64,000 bases of DNA, taken from NCBI GenBank assembly GCA_013239625.1, contig MU053156.1, forward strand, positions 250,467 to 314,466, read 5' to 3'. A program made the position numbers and the translations under genes. The stretch's first letter is position 1; each line of letters begins with the position of its first letter. The notes beneath the pieces are model-generated. The model was given only the letters and a program-made list of their open reading frames with translations. It did no database searches and was not told the DNA's origin. The stretch comes from Lama guanicoe. Lineage: Eukaryota. This document shows, one piece after another, positions 40,201 through 54,700 of this stretch.

Positions 40201-41006
40201 AGGAGAGATAAAGAAGGATACTATATAATGATCAAAGGAGCAATACAAGATGAGGCTATTATGCTCATTAACTTATATGCACCCAATAAAGTAGCACCTA
40301 AATACATAAAACAAATACTATCAGACATAAAGGGAGAAATTAATGGGAATATAATCACAGTGGAGACTTTAACACCCCACTAAGACCTAAACAAGCAATT
40401 CTCCAATGAAGACACACAAATGGCCAATAGGCACATGAAAAAATGCTTAATATGGCTAATTATCAGAGAACTGCAAATCAAAACTGTGAGATGTGATCTC
40501 AGACCCAGTCAGAATGGCCATCATCCAAAGCCCACCAACAATAAATGCTGGAGAGGCTGTGGAGAAAGGGGAACCCTCCTACACTGCTGATGGGAATGCA
40601 GTTTGATGCAGCCATCGTGGAAAACAGCATGGAAATTCCTCAAAAGACTAAAAATAGACTTACCATATGATCCAGCAATCTTACTCCTGTGCATATATCC
40701 AGAGGGAAACTTAATTCAAAAAGATGCCTGCACCCCAATGTTCATAGAAGCACTATTTACAATAGCTAAGACATGGAAACAACCTAAATGTCCATCAACA
40801 GATGACTGGATAAAGAAGCTGTGGTATATTTATACAATGGAATACTACTCAGCCATAAAAAAATAATTAAAGAAGGTCATTTGCAGCAACATAGATGGAA
40901 CTGGAGATCATCATTCTAAGTGAAGTAAGCCAGAAAGAGAAAGAAAAATACCATATGATATCACTCATATGTGAGATCTAAAAAAGAGAAAGAAAGAAAG
41001 AAAGAA

Positions 41007-41037
<31 letters not shown>

Positions 41038-41180
41038 GAAGAAAGGAAGGAAGGAAGGAAGGAAGAAAAAGACAAGCAAACTTATTTATAAAACAAAGTT
41101 ACAGACATAGAAAACAAACTTATGATGACCAGGGGAGGAGGGGGTGGGAAGGGATAATTTGGGGCTTTGAGATTTGTAGA
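37261..41180 (+). mobile_element. L1 with 5' UTR and disrupted ORF1, internally deleted ORF2, truncated 3' UTR
   Basis: Starts ggggaggagccaagatggc. ORF1 remnant from 38634 (MKKQRNHSQLEEQEKS). ORF2 endonuclease from ~39942 jumps at ~40381 to the ORF2 C-terminus ([22 protein letters not shown]). Confidence 0.92.
40981..41070 (+). repeat. (GAAA)n/(GGAA)n microsatellite in the L1 3' UTR
   Basis: Directly visible. Confidence 0.9.
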
Positions 41181-42599
41181 TCACATGTTCCAGGGTGCAA
41201 CTTTAGCTTAGGATGCATGAGACTAAGTACCACCCATCGGGTAAGTTTTCATTTAATGAATGCAAGTTTTTCTAGTAGAGAAACTACATTTCCAATTAGA
41301 AAACTGCTTTTTAGCAACAACAAATTGGTGTTAAAAAAAAGACAAGGAAAGAAGATCTGCCATTAATACTAAAAGTTTATACCTCAAGGTCACAATCAGT
41401 GTATCTCCAGTTAGGTAGGAAAGTAAAACCTCTATAAATCTGATTTAATTTTCATGTTCAATCAAAGCCTTACAGATCTGAACAGGAATCTGCTCAATCT
41501 CTGGCTGAAAGCACGTCAACACCCAAATACCAGACAAACTTGGTTATTTCTCAGTGAAAGTGAGAAAACAAAGAAACGAGATCACACGTGTGAAAAGAGT
41601 CAGTATTTCAAAGGAAGCATTGAAAAGTAGAGCAAGCATCCTTCTCTGGAGCAGAGACACTGGTAGAATGAGAATAAACAGAAATCTACAATTCAGGGAT
41701 TGACAGAGCAAAACAAGATGTTTTTTGAAAAGAAATATTAAAGTCAGTATTTCAGTAATTCGTATCAAATAGTGAAAGAATAGGTCTACTTGACATTCAG
41801 AATATTAAAATGGTGAATTTATATACATATATTTGATTATATGTATTAAAAGGGAGAATGAAATATAACATAATAATTAATAATTCAATACTAAGAAAAA
41901 CTGAAAACTGAAGAAGCATGTATAAAATTAACTCAGAATTCAGAATGGCTGACTATACCAATAACATAAAACATAATCTGTAAAGAAAATAATTGGGGAG
42001 CTACTCAAAAGGAAACTGAGCCAAAATTTTCTGAATCATTAAAGTTTGTCAAAATTGTAAAATTGGATTCATTATGTTCCACAACAGCCTTGTTCAAAGA
42101 AATAAAATACCAAATAAAATTTGAAATTTTCCAGTAGTTACATTTTAAAAAATTAACTAAGCAAATGAAGTTAATTTTAATAATACACTTAACCTACCTC
42201 CAATCAATCCCAAACACAATTATTTCAATCATCATCAATATATGATATTATTGATGCCATATTTTATACTTTTTTATACTGAGCCTTTGAAAACTGAAGT
42301 GGGAAAGTGTGTTCTTTGCACTTACAGCCATAAGTGGCCAGTGATTCTGTCCTGGACAGCACATTTCTAGACAGAGGGAAAATGTAAATCTTCCAATTTC
42401 ATCTCACAAAGCTATTCCAAACTTGAAGGCAAACACCTTACTGAGCATAACATTTAATTTCAGTCCCATGCCTAAGGATGGAGGAAGCTTAAGTGAAATA
42501 TAAGCAATTAAATCTCCTTGACATTGAAAGGTAGTAATAAAACACAACCAAGTTAGGTGTATCCTGAGGTTGAAAATTTTAGAAAACATATGAATATAA

Positions 42600-43860
42600 T
42601 GTCACACCAATAGAAATAAAAGTCTATAAATCTGAGGGATAATGAAATGAAATTGTCCGAACCCTATCCCCGGATCTCATATCTTACAAAAATTATCAGT
42701 ACAATCAGATTGGATATTTACATGTGATGGGTAAAACAATAAAAATTTTAGAAAGTAAGATTTCTTAGATATTACACAAATCATTAAAATTTCATGAAGA
42801 ATAAAAACTTCTTCAAAGACACCATTGAGAGACTGAAAACTAAGAGAGAAAATGGGACAAAATATTTTTAACACTGATAATTAGTGAATAGAGTATTTTA
42901 GGAACTCCTACAGATGAATAAAAATGTAAATTATATGTATGTATATTTATATATTGTGATATACATATTATAAAAACTCTTTAAAGCATTTTATATATAT
43001 ACATAAAAACTCAATAAACAATAAACAAAAAAGTTAGATGCTTCACAAAAAAGATATCAAATGCCCAATAAAGTTTCAAAGCCTCCACTATTATTAATAA
43101 ATATAGAAATAAAAATTAAACCAAAATCAAATTCTACTATGTAGTTGCCAGAGAGGCTGTAATAAAAATGGGTGATGTGCTGAGTGATGCGTATTTGTAC
43201 AGAAAAGGGAAGTTTCATACATGCTCACAGGAGCATAAGTTAGCACAACCCTTTTGCAAACAATGTGTTATTAATTACTAATATTTAAGAAATACATGAA
43301 TCATGACCACAAACTCCACTGATATATATATATGTAATTGGTATACATATATGCACATATAAATATGTATATATACATATACATACATTTACAAAAGAGA
43401 AACAAGATACAGGTGCAAGAAAGCTTATAGTAGAATTATTCATGAAAGTCACAAACTAGAAATTGTCTGAGTGTTGTCCATCATCATTACATTAGATATA
43501 TAATTCTGATATGTTTATACAACTGAAAAGCACACAGTGATGCATTTAGCTAAAGCTAAACTCTTGCAAGCATAACATGAATAAAAAAGGCTAGACAGAG
43601 GAAAAAGCATACTGCGAAAGTTCCATTCATATGAAGACCAAATGAAGAAAAAGAAAGCTAAATTATAAAAATTCAAGAGAGTCTTTACCTTTGGGAGTAG
43701 AGGATCGGGGAAAATTCCCGGGAGGAGGATGGAAAGAGCTTCTGGGATGCTGCAGATACTTTGTTTCTTGATCTATGTCCTTGTCATGTGGAGTTTTACA
43801 TTATGAGAAGTCTGTATTCATAACACTACATGCAATTTAAAAATACATGAAATTAAAGCA
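42600..43860 (+). mobile_element. Ancient L1 (L1M-type) 3' region
   Basis: Degraded ORF2 end and 3' UTR motifs caaagacaccattgagagactgaa, gcttcacaaaaaagatatcaaatg and ttctgggatgctg. Confidence 0.55.
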
Positions 43861-43959
43861 CGCCCAAAATTAAAATAAAAAAAAGGAACTGGTTAAAAAC
43901 ATAACTTCCATTATATGTGACAGGAAAATGCTCCTCCTTGTTTCTAAAGGTTTGCTTGT

Positions 43960-44150
43960 GTCATTGGTAATCTAACGTGAGCCAACCTCAGACTCAACGG
44001 AGGACTTGTTAAAAACAGATTGCTGGACCTCATCTCCCAAGTTTGGGTGTCAGTGAGTCTGCATTCACCGCCTCAAATTGAGAGTTTTCATTTGCAATCA
44101 GTTCCCAGGTGATGCTGATGCTGTTGCTGCTGGACCACACATGATAAAGC
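43960..44150. mobile_element. MER5A-like DNA transposon
   Basis: cttgttaaaaacagattgctgg ... gttcccaggtgatgctgatgctg; a similar fragment lies at ~30930-31050. Confidence 0.65.
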
Positions 44151-45545
44151 CCCAACCTCTGCTATTCTCTTTGAAAGAGACTTCCCTCCTTATAGCCACC
44201 TGACTAACTCATCCAGCCCCAGCTAAACCGCATTAATAGGTTTCCCTGCCCCCAACCACAACTCTTAGAGGACGCTCTTCTGCGCGTCCATAGTTCTTAG
44301 AAACTTACACGTGCCTTTCATTTCTTTGTCTAGGTTTTTAAAATTTCTCTACATTGTCCTGGCATTCCTTAGGGTTTATTTTAATCCTTAGAATTATTTT
44401 GATTTTGCTTGTTGAATAAATAAACAAATCCCACTGAGTTCTCAATTTCCTGTGTGGTTTGAATTTTTTTCTTTTGCGTTCCTGTGTTTCTTGTCTTCAG
44501 TTCTCCCTTTGTCAAATTTCAGCCCAAATTCCTCAGGGCTCCCTTCCTATATCCCTAATGTGTAATGAATTGATGAAACTTGTGTCCAGACAGCCTCCTG
44601 CCCTACTGACTCAGATGGAGACTGCAGAGGGTTTTGGGGGGGTGTTTTCCCCCCTCCTATATATGAAATCCTATTCATCGCTTTCCTGGTTGGGGGCACC
44701 ATTCCTCTCAGTAAATTGCCAGAAAATTGACAATCAGTTGCTCTCCTCTCACTATGCCCTCTAGCGACAGACTTCATTTCTACTTTCCTTTTCCCCTTCT
44801 CTCATCTAATCTTGCTCTGAAGACTTTTCTCACAGTCTGTGAATTATCTCATTTTTTCCTTTATTCCAGCTTTACTTTCCACAAAGACACTTTTATTAAA
44901 TAAATACAGACATCCTCTTGTGTTCAAAATGTGTTTTCTAAGTTTAATGACAAGTCTGTTTTATATTTCATTATATCCATCTTTTTATGAATCAGTACAC
45001 AATTACATTCTTTAGAGGAGAAACATTAGAGAATATATCTTAATTTTATAAATGCTTTGGAATTTTGTTTCTACTACAGAAATATTCAATTACTCTGGTA
45101 TTCAGGTGATGTGTTATATATTAATTTAGATGTGTACAGGTAACAGGTAATATCTGTGAATATTGCAGAAATATTATGCCTTCAGATACCCTCAGACCTA
45201 AAAGCTATTATCAATAAGGGGCAAGGATACTTCATCTGCCTTTCCAACTTTCAATGCATATAAACTATTCCCCTACATTTTCTGCTGAAGTATATTTCAG
45301 GTCAGTAAGATAAACCATAAAGTCATAGGTTGTTTTTCTTCTTTGGTGTCTCTATATCTAAGAGTTTTATTCTAAACACTTATAACCAATGGCAATTGAA
45401 TGACTAATGTAACTAAATGTGCATCTCAGTTACAAAGCTCATTTTTGACCAATTGTCTTGATCAGCTGCAAAGCCTTCGGTTTTATAAATATATATTTGA
45501 TTACAGAGTTAATATTGAATACTGTGGTTGCATATTCCTTCATAA

Positions 45546-45881
45546 GGGCAGGAGATTGCCAAGATGGTGGAGTAGAAGGATGTGGAGCTCATCCCCTCCC
45601 CCAAATACAGTAAAAATACATCTACATGTGGAACAAATCTCCCAAAATACCGACTGAACTGTGGTAGAATATCTCTTACAACCAGAAATACAAGGAAATC
45701 CTCGGACAACCAGATAAACTAGTTTCTACTATATAGCACATGGAACTAGATTCAATATCTTGTAGTAGCCTATAATAAAAAAGAATATGGAAAGGAATAT
45801 ACGTATGTTCATGTATGACTGAAACATTATGCTGTACACAAGAAATTGACACAGCATTGTAAACTGACTAGACTTCAATTA
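45546..45881 (+). mobile_element. Mini L1: 5' end joined directly to 3' end
   Basis: ccaagatgg...aatacatctaca 5' UTR start (compare 37261) continues at ~45715 into the same 3' terminus as the L1 at 19560-19705. Confidence 0.75.
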
Positions 45882-48800
45882 CAAAGGGTAAGAAAACATT
45901 ATTTTGTATATGAATAATAAATAATGACTGGAAAAGTGACATTTCAAAAACCTTGAATTCCAAACTAATTTTGCCCTATATATGTTCTCTGTAATCAGTG
46001 AGGACAAGTTATATGGTTAATTTTAAATATGCTTGTGATGGGCAAGTACCTAAGTAAAACAAGTAAAGTTTTGAAACATTGTTTCTGGTTCAAAGCTGTG
46101 TCCTCTATAGATAGATATTTGTTTTCTTTGTCTTTTGGGAGCACATTAAAACAATGGCAATGATTTGCTTGTATGTTAAGGAATGTGAAATCAGCAGAAC
46201 CATGAGAACAAAGAGACCGAGTAGCTAATTTAAGTCTTTTTGTTTTTCTACAATTGTCACAGAAAATATTTCTGCTTTATAACTAGTAGCTTTGCTACCA
46301 GTCTGTGTGTTTTAGAGGCAAAAACAATGACTAATGGGTTTAAATCAAATCTGGTTTGCTTTTTCTTCTCTCTTTCCTTCTTCCATAAGAAATTTGAACA
46401 ATGAAGCGAGGTCAGGAGCCCCTTTGATAAAATGCTGGCTTTTTACTTTTCATAAAATGCTAGGTGTGATGGGCAAGTTCACAGCTAAGGACTATACTTT
46501 TAATTCTCTTTCCGTCTTCGCCAAAGTCTGTTCATGGATATGGATGTTCATCTCAACAGGCATTGGAGAACTTGAGGCTTTATGACAATATGTTTTTCTT
46601 TCTGCAATACTGATGGCAGAGATATAAGTAAGATATTTTTATGGCTGAATTCACTCATCACACTCAAGTCATACAAACTAGAAGTTATAATACAGAGATT
46701 TCTTAATAAATTAAGCAGAAATTCGATTTCATTGTATTATTATTATCATTATTACTCATTTAGCTTTTCCTCCTTGTAGTAAAACAAAATTTTATTTCCT
46801 TGTCTAATTCCTAGCTAAAACGCAGCAGTGACTTTGTATTTAGTGGTTATTCTATGTGGAAGTAAATCAATAGTTAAATTGCATTCTTATCTTTAATTGT
46901 GAAAACAACACGGGAAAAATGAGACTGTCTTTCTCTGGGTCACAGATAATGTGATACAGTGCCTGTAAGACAGAGCAGATCAGTTCTCCCATGCCACGCT
47001 CAGGAAGGCTGTTACCTGAAGGGACTGGCCTGCTGTCACCCACACTTTTCACCTTTTGTTCCTAAGTGATAGCCATCCTGCCATGTGAGAGGTGATATCT
47101 ATGGGTCTGATTTGCATTTCTCTGATGATTATTGATGCTGAATATTCTTTTCTTTTACTCTCTATGGAGAATCTAGGCTTTCTTACTATTTACCTGGTAA
47201 GGGGGTGACTTTAATGGAAGGCAGTTGTAGTTTTTCCATTTCCCTCCCTCTCTGTACACCAAACATTATTTTTCTTTTGGAAACACTGCTAAATGTATGG
47301 TTAGGTCTCCTTACCTGCCCCCCAAAGTCTAGGGTATTCACTATTTTCAAATTATATAGAATTCCATTAAACTGAGAATTGAAAATACACCAATCACAAA
47401 TTTAGTGAGCATTACTATAAAGAAATAGAAAGTAGTTTTACTAAACTTTTTGTGGTGATTGATGTACAACGTATACCTATATCAAATCTTTATGTTGTGC
47501 ACATGAAACTAATATAATTTTATAGTCAATTACATCTCAAAAATGTAGTAAACAGACAAGCAAAAGCAGTTAAATTGTAGAAGTTTATTATAGATCTCTC
47601 AGAAGAAAGGGTAAAGATAGATAAGATTTCCCTAATACAGATGTATACATTGGCCTAGTGTATACAAGATAATTGGCCTAGCAAGATAAATGATTGCTGA
47701 GGGACAGGTCTAAACTCAGATATCTCCATAAAAGCAATGCATTGAACAAATCCTATTTTTCTTACTAGCAATTCCAATTCCCAGAAGATAGAGAGACTTA
47801 ATAATCTGAAATGATTTTTGAACACAAAGGGACAAAATGATTGACAATTTGGTAACCCCAGGCTCAAGAAACTTGACATACTGTTCAGATTTTTAAACTA
47901 AAACCAAAAGGATGAACAGAAAAAAACTTCCCACAGATTTTACTTAGAGACGAAATTTTCCATGGGAAAATGTCCTGCTTTAATGAGCTACTTGTAGGAA
48001 GTTCTTCCTGGATGAATAGATGTCAGCAGGAGCCAAGGCAGTACTGAAGGTAATCACAGTGGTCGCTGAGACAAGGTTTTCACCCACCCAGCCCTCCCCA
48101 TTCCCTGGGTAAAGGAGGACAGTGCAAAGGAGAAAGAAAGGAGAGTGAAGCCGGAGAAAGGAGTTAGGAGCCAGGGACAAATTCTCCAGAGGAGAGGCGA
48201 GTGGAAAGTCCAAGGAAGTGAAGTGAATGATGGACTTTCAAGAACTGGGCAGTTATATGCAACTGAAAGCAATTAGCAGGATGTCAGGAGGACTCTTTCT
48301 GCACCTGTTTGCAGATCTCTAACAATTCCCCACTCAGAAATGTTGTATGTTCTATACTGAGAAATCTTCTGATACTTAGGTTAGGTTCATGCATTAAAGA
48401 ACAGGGACTTTGTTCTTTATGTAGGAACTTGACCCAAATACCATCATATAAATGTAATTGCACTCACTGGTCATCTAACATATTCTTGTAACTCCTCAAA
48501 CTTTGAAGACTAGTGGAAAAAGTGTTTAAATGAATCTTATCTGGCTCCCACAAAGCCCTGCGATAGCTAGGTTATATTATAAAGCAAATATTGTGGTTAA
48601 CTGTTTTGCATACACAATTCTAATTATTTGGTCCTAATGAAAGCTAATGAATAAGAAATATTCATGTCCAATTTCCAGTGGAAGGGCTTGATGTTCAGAT
48701 TAGCACATGCCCATAAGTATATTTCTAATAGTAACAAGGCTAGTCGTGCCGGACCCTGCAATGGAACCAATGTCTCTCACGCTTAACCTTGTACTTAACC

Positions 48801-51709
48801 ACCATGAAAAGATGCTTTGAAGGTATTTTTAAACTGTATACATGGCTATAATCAATATCAAAACTCATAAGAATACTTTGTTCTGGAAAGTTAGGCATAT
48901 AATTATAGTATACTCAACCTTTTTACATTTCAGAAAAGTCACATAATAAAATTTAAGGGTCTAGAATTTTTAACATTGAAAGTACAAGTCTAGGGGTACA
49001 TTACAACTGTTTACAAATATAAAAATAGACATAGACATGAAAAAATCACTGTGTTTCACTGCAGGGGTAGAACTAGAATTTCTTGTTAAATAGGCAGACT
49101 TGACTCAACAAAAAATACACTCAATAATTAGAAACATTCACTAACAAGAGAGACCACATTATGATGTAGCTGTGTTCTGTTCAGTACTGGGTGGCAGCCA
49201 CTCCTGATTTACTCACCATTTATAATGGAAATCACAGAAGATATTCATTCATATTTGAAATCAATTTAATAGAACGGAAATATAATATGTGGTATATTAT
49301 ATTCAAGATATTATTTATGAAATGATAGTTAATGAAAACAGGAGATTCAAAATTATGTGTTCGGTTTAGGTACATTTCCACTTAGGTAGGCCATGTTAAA
49401 AATAGAATATATAATTAAGACAAAATGTGTATAATACATTTTATGATTATAAAATAAAAATAAAGTGATTTTTATTTCCTTAGGAATAAATTGCAAATTA
49501 AAATAATGAGATGTTATGCATATCAAATGAGCAATTATACCCAGGTTAGCAAATTTATTATAATGATTGTAATGATATTAACCTTTATAGGTAAGGGTGG
49601 TTTATAATGACTTCTTTCATATATCAATAGTAAGATTATAAATTTGCTTGCCAAGTCTTGAAGGAAATTTCTTAGTGTGCGTATGTCAAGAATCTTAAAA
49701 ATACTGATACATGTGATCCAATAATTTCACATCTAGAAATTTATTCTAAATTCAACTATGGAAATAATCAATGATAAAGACAAACATTTGTATTTATTTT
49801 ATAGCATTATTTATGTATTATTATTTATACATATAATGTTTATATATTATTATTTATAGTCAATTGATTTTCCACAATAGTGGAAAAGTCCATTAAATGC
49901 ACAAAGGACAGTCTTTTCAAAAAAATTTGGTTGGGACAATTACATATCAACATGTAAAAAATCACATATGTATATACATTTTAAATGAACATACAACTAA
50001 AGTGATTAAATAAATATATTGACTTAATAGAACACTTAAGTGGCTATTAAATTTTAAAATTACATCACTCCTATAGTGTTTATTATGTGTCAGCCACAGC
50101 AAGAAACTTGTACATAGAAACTTATACTCATTTAAATCTCACATCTGTTGTGTGAAGTAGTAACTGTCATTAAGCTCACTTCAGAAACACTGAGGTTAGG
50201 TTAGTGCCCAAGGTCGCAGGTGGACCTAGACTGTATGCAAGTCCATGCCCCTTCCTCAGTGTCTTCCTTCTTTAACTGTTAGGAGACGAACTCGTGAACT
50301 GGCTACCCCACGGACACCAAATTCTCCTTTGCCTTAAACTTCACCCATGCCTCCAGGCCTTCAATAGCATGAAGACAGCTCTAGAAAATACAGAAAACCC
50401 TGCTTCATTCTTGAGAACCTAGGATCACTGAAGAATTCTCTTAAATATAACGCGAGTTGGATCAAATTGCTCTCAAGATATCCAAACCTGTCAAATGCAT
50501 CGGAGACACCTGAACGCATTGCTAATAAATTCCCCTCTGGAGGCAGCAAGACAGAATTATGGGCTATAAATAAAGGATGTTCTGCACAGACTTCTGGCAA
50601 CTGTTAATTGGAAGAGAAATTCCCTGGGGCCGGCGCAAGGTTTGGGAGCAGAGCACGCTGCTTGAAATTCCGGTTTAACAGCCACTGGGACTTAACACAT
50701 TGGGAAGCAGACTATCGGCTGCATGGCCTGTGGGATTCTAACGTTGGGTTTACACAGTTAAAAGCAAAAAACCAATGAGGCAGGGTTACATGGATTTTTT
50801 CAGCGGCCTGGGGGATGAAGTTTTGTATAGTCAGAGAGAAAGCTAAATACTGAAGTCTGACCTCCACCATAGTGGGTCCAGTATCCGTAAAAAAAGAAGG
50901 ATGAGGTAATAAAATGCACTTTGTAGGATGCTCACTTCTCTGGACACAGACTCACTCCTCTGCCTGTTCATCTACTTTGGTATAAACAACTTTCCTGTTG
51001 ACAACCTAGAAAGACAATGTGGGCACTTGAATAGACAAAAGGGAAGCCGAATCCAAGAGAGCATTTGCATCTTTGTGAGAAATACTGGGGGAGTAAAGAC
51101 TTCTTTCTTACATAGAATGAGTTTCCAGAAAATAAGTAAAACCAATTTGCAGTTGATGAAAATATTCTGGAAAATACATGAAGAAAATAACACTTGGTAA
51201 GCATAGAAAGGACATTTTTTAATGACTGTGAGACAATGTTAGCTAGTATTGTATGGCAGCATTTGTGTTTGCCATGCCAGGCAGGGTTCTACCAGATTTA
51301 CGTGGATAACTGCACTGACCCTCCAGTGCATCGGGCAGCAGCGTCACCCCCGTTATCAATTAGGAAAATGAAGCGAGGAAGTTGAGTCCTTTGTTTAACT
51401 CGGCATAGATCTGAACGGCAAACAGCGTGTGTCAGACCCGAGGATCCAACTGCACATCCTGCTCGTACTGCTTTTCTCTTGCACCTTCTCAACTTACTGC
51501 CTTGACTTTCACTGTTCAGAGTCAAACTTCATGAATTTTCTGACTCCACTGCCTCAAATCTGGATTTCCTTTCCACCATTCCAAGGACGGACAAGATCAC
51601 TAACAGTCGTCATACTGCAGCATCCAGTGAAGTCTTTTTGTTTGTTTGTTTGTTTTTGTTAATGGGCCTGTTAGCAGAGCAGCAATTAAAGTGTGAATTG
51701 TTCTCTACT

Positions 51710-54700
51710 TTTTATTTTTTTTTAATTGTGAACACTTAAAATGTGAGCTGTTCTGTCTGAACAAAATTTCAAGTATACACTATAATATTATTAAATACAA
51801 GCACTATGTTTTACAACAGATCCCTAGAACTTCTTCCCCTTGCATAATTGAAATTTTATAGTCTTAAAAAAAAAACACCCATTTTCATCTCCCTCCAGCC
51901 TTTGGAAACCACCATTTTACACTCTGCTTCTACGAATTTGACTACATTAGGTATCTCATATGTGTGGAATCATACATTACTTTGTCATTCCATAGCTGGC
52001 TCATTTTACTCAGTATAATGTCCTCCAGGTTCATCCTGGTTGCTGTACATGGCAGGGTTCCCTTCTTTTCAAAGGCTGAGCAATATTCCAATGAAAGTAT
52101 ATACCATAATTTCTATATCCATTCATGTGTGAGTGGGCGTTTATGCTGCATTCATATCTTGGCTATTGCAAATAATTATGCAACGAACATGGGAATGAAA
52201 ATATCCTTTGGGGGCTCCTGACTCCACTTATTTAGGCTGTATACTGAGAAGTGGGATTGCTGGGTCATATAGTAATTCTGTTTTTAATATTTTGAGAATC
52301 ATAGTGTTTTCCATAGCAGCCAGGCCATTTTACATTCTCATCAACAGCGTACAAGGTTTCCAGTTTCTCCACAGCCTCTCCAACACTTTTCTTCTGTTCT
52401 TTTGATAACAGCCACCCTAACGAGTGTGAAGAGCTGTCTCACTGTCTTCATCTGCATTTCCCTGACGGTTAGTGATGCTGAGCACATTTTCTTACACCTG
52501 TTGGCCATGTGTATGTCCTCTTTGGAAAAATGTCTATTCAAGATTTTGCTCATTTTTAACTGGGTTATTTGTTTTTTGTTACTGAGTTGCAGGAGTTTCT
52601 TATATATTTTGGATATAAACACCTTATTGAATGTAAGGTTGGCAAGTAGATCCTCCCATTCTCTCAGGTTGTCTTTTCATTTTATTGATTCTTTGTGCAG
52701 AAGCTTTTAGTTTGATACAGTTTCACTTGTGTATTTGGAGGTTTGTTTCCTGTGCGTTTGGTGTCATATGCAGGGAATATTTGCCAAGGCCAGTGTCAAA
52801 AAGTTTCTCCTGTATGTTTTGTTCCAGGAGGTTTATAGTTTCAGGTCTTACATTTAAGTCTTTAATCTATTTTAAGTTGATTTTTACTTACAGTGCAAGA
52901 TAAGGGCCCAGTTTCATTCTCTGAATGTGGATATTCAGTTTTCCCATCACCCTTTGCTGAAGGGTCTACGCTCCCCGCCTTGTGTGTTCTTTCCCCCTTG
53001 TTGAAGATCAGTAGATTACATACATGTAGGTTTATTGTCAGTCTGTTTTGTTCCATTGATTCATATGACTATCTCTAAACCAGTCATACAGTTTTGATTA
53101 CTGTAGTTTTGTAATATGTTTAGAAATCAGGAAATATGATGTGTCCAACTTTGTTCTTTCTTAGTATTTCTTCAGGTGTTAAGGATTTTTTTCTAGTTCT
53201 GTAAGCATTTTTGACTGTCTTTCTATATCTGTAAAAAAATGTCATTGTGAATTTGATGGGAATAGCACTGAATCTGCGGATTGCTTTTGGTAGTATGAAC
53301 ATTTTAACATATTAGGTCTTCTGATACATCAATATATATTTCCATTTATTTCTGTCTTCTTTTGTTTCTTTCTTCAACATGTTGCAGTTTTCATGGTACG
53401 AATCTTTCACCTCCTTGGGTAAGTCTAATCCCAATTATTTTGTTGACTTTGATGTTAGTGTGAACAGGATTGTTTCTTTAATTTCCTTCTCAGATGGTTC
53501 ACTGTGTGTATAGCAATCAATTTTTGCATATTGATTTCAAATCTTACAATTTTATTGGATTTGTTTATTAGTTCTAACACTTTTTTATGAGGCCTTATGG
53601 TTTTCTACATATAAGACCATTTCGTCTGCAAACAGGGTTATGATTACTCCTTTACCAATTTGGAATTCTATTTCTTTTTTTCTTCTTCTTCTAATTGTTT
53701 CGGCTAGGATTCCCAGTACCTTGTTGCACAGAAGTGGTGAGAGGGAGCACTGAGGCCCATGCCTTGTATCCCTAGTTTGTTAAGAGTTCTTACCATAAAA
53801 GAGAGTTGAATTTTGGCAGATGCTTTTTTCTGCATCTATTGAGAAAGTCACGGGATTTTTCTGTCTTATTCTGTTAACGTGGTGTGTCACATTACTGACT
53901 GTGCTTGCTGAACCATGCCTACATTCAGGGGGGATAAGGCCCGCTTTTGATTATGGGGTGTGAGCCTGTTGACTTTGATGGGCTGGTATTTTGTTGAGAA
54001 GTTTTGCATGTATGTTCATTTCATCAGGGATATTGACCTATAACATTCTTCTCTTGTAACACCTTTGCCTGGCTTTGGTCTGTGGGTAACCCTGAGCTGG
54101 TAAAATAGTCTGGAACGATTATTTCTCCTTCAATTTGCTGCAGGCGTTTGAGAAGGAGTGGCAGTAATTCTTTTTTAAAATGCTGGCTGGAATTGACCAG
54201 TGAAGACATGTGGTCCTGGGGCTTTCTGTTTTTGGAGGCTTTTGATTACTGATGAAATCTCTGTACCAGTAATTAGTCTGTTTACATTTTATATTTCTTC
54301 ATTATTCAGTCTTTGTAGGTCGTATGTTTCTAGGAATTAATCCATTACTTTAAGGCTATGTAAGCTGTTGGCGTGTATTTGTGTATAGTATTCTCTTTTA
54401 ATCCTTTCTTATTTCTGTGATATCAGTTGTAGTTTGCTTTTATTTATTTGAATCATCTCTGTTTTTTCTTAGTCTAACTTACATCTGTCAATTTTGTTAA
54501 CTTTTAGAAACCCAACTCATTTTGATTTTTAAAAATATTTTTCTATACTCTGTTTTGTTTATTTTTGCTCCAAGTTTTATTATTTCCTTTCTTAACTTTT
54601 GGCTTAGGTTATTCTTCTAATTCAATAAGGTGTAAATTTAGGTGGTTTATTTGAAGTCTTTCTTCATTTTCGATGTAGGTGTTTATCAATATAATCTTCC

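Noticed and set aside
38634..40866. Active L1
   Set aside because: ORF1 is disrupted and ORF2 lacks the reverse transcriptase region.
40971..41366. 131-aa Lys/Arg/Glu-rich ORF
   Set aside because: It is a translation of the (GAAA)n microsatellite and L1 3' UTR.
50280..51450. Non-repetitive, enhancer-looking stretch with several short ORFs
   Set aside because: No recognisable protein or convincing splice structure; conservation cannot be judged without alignments.
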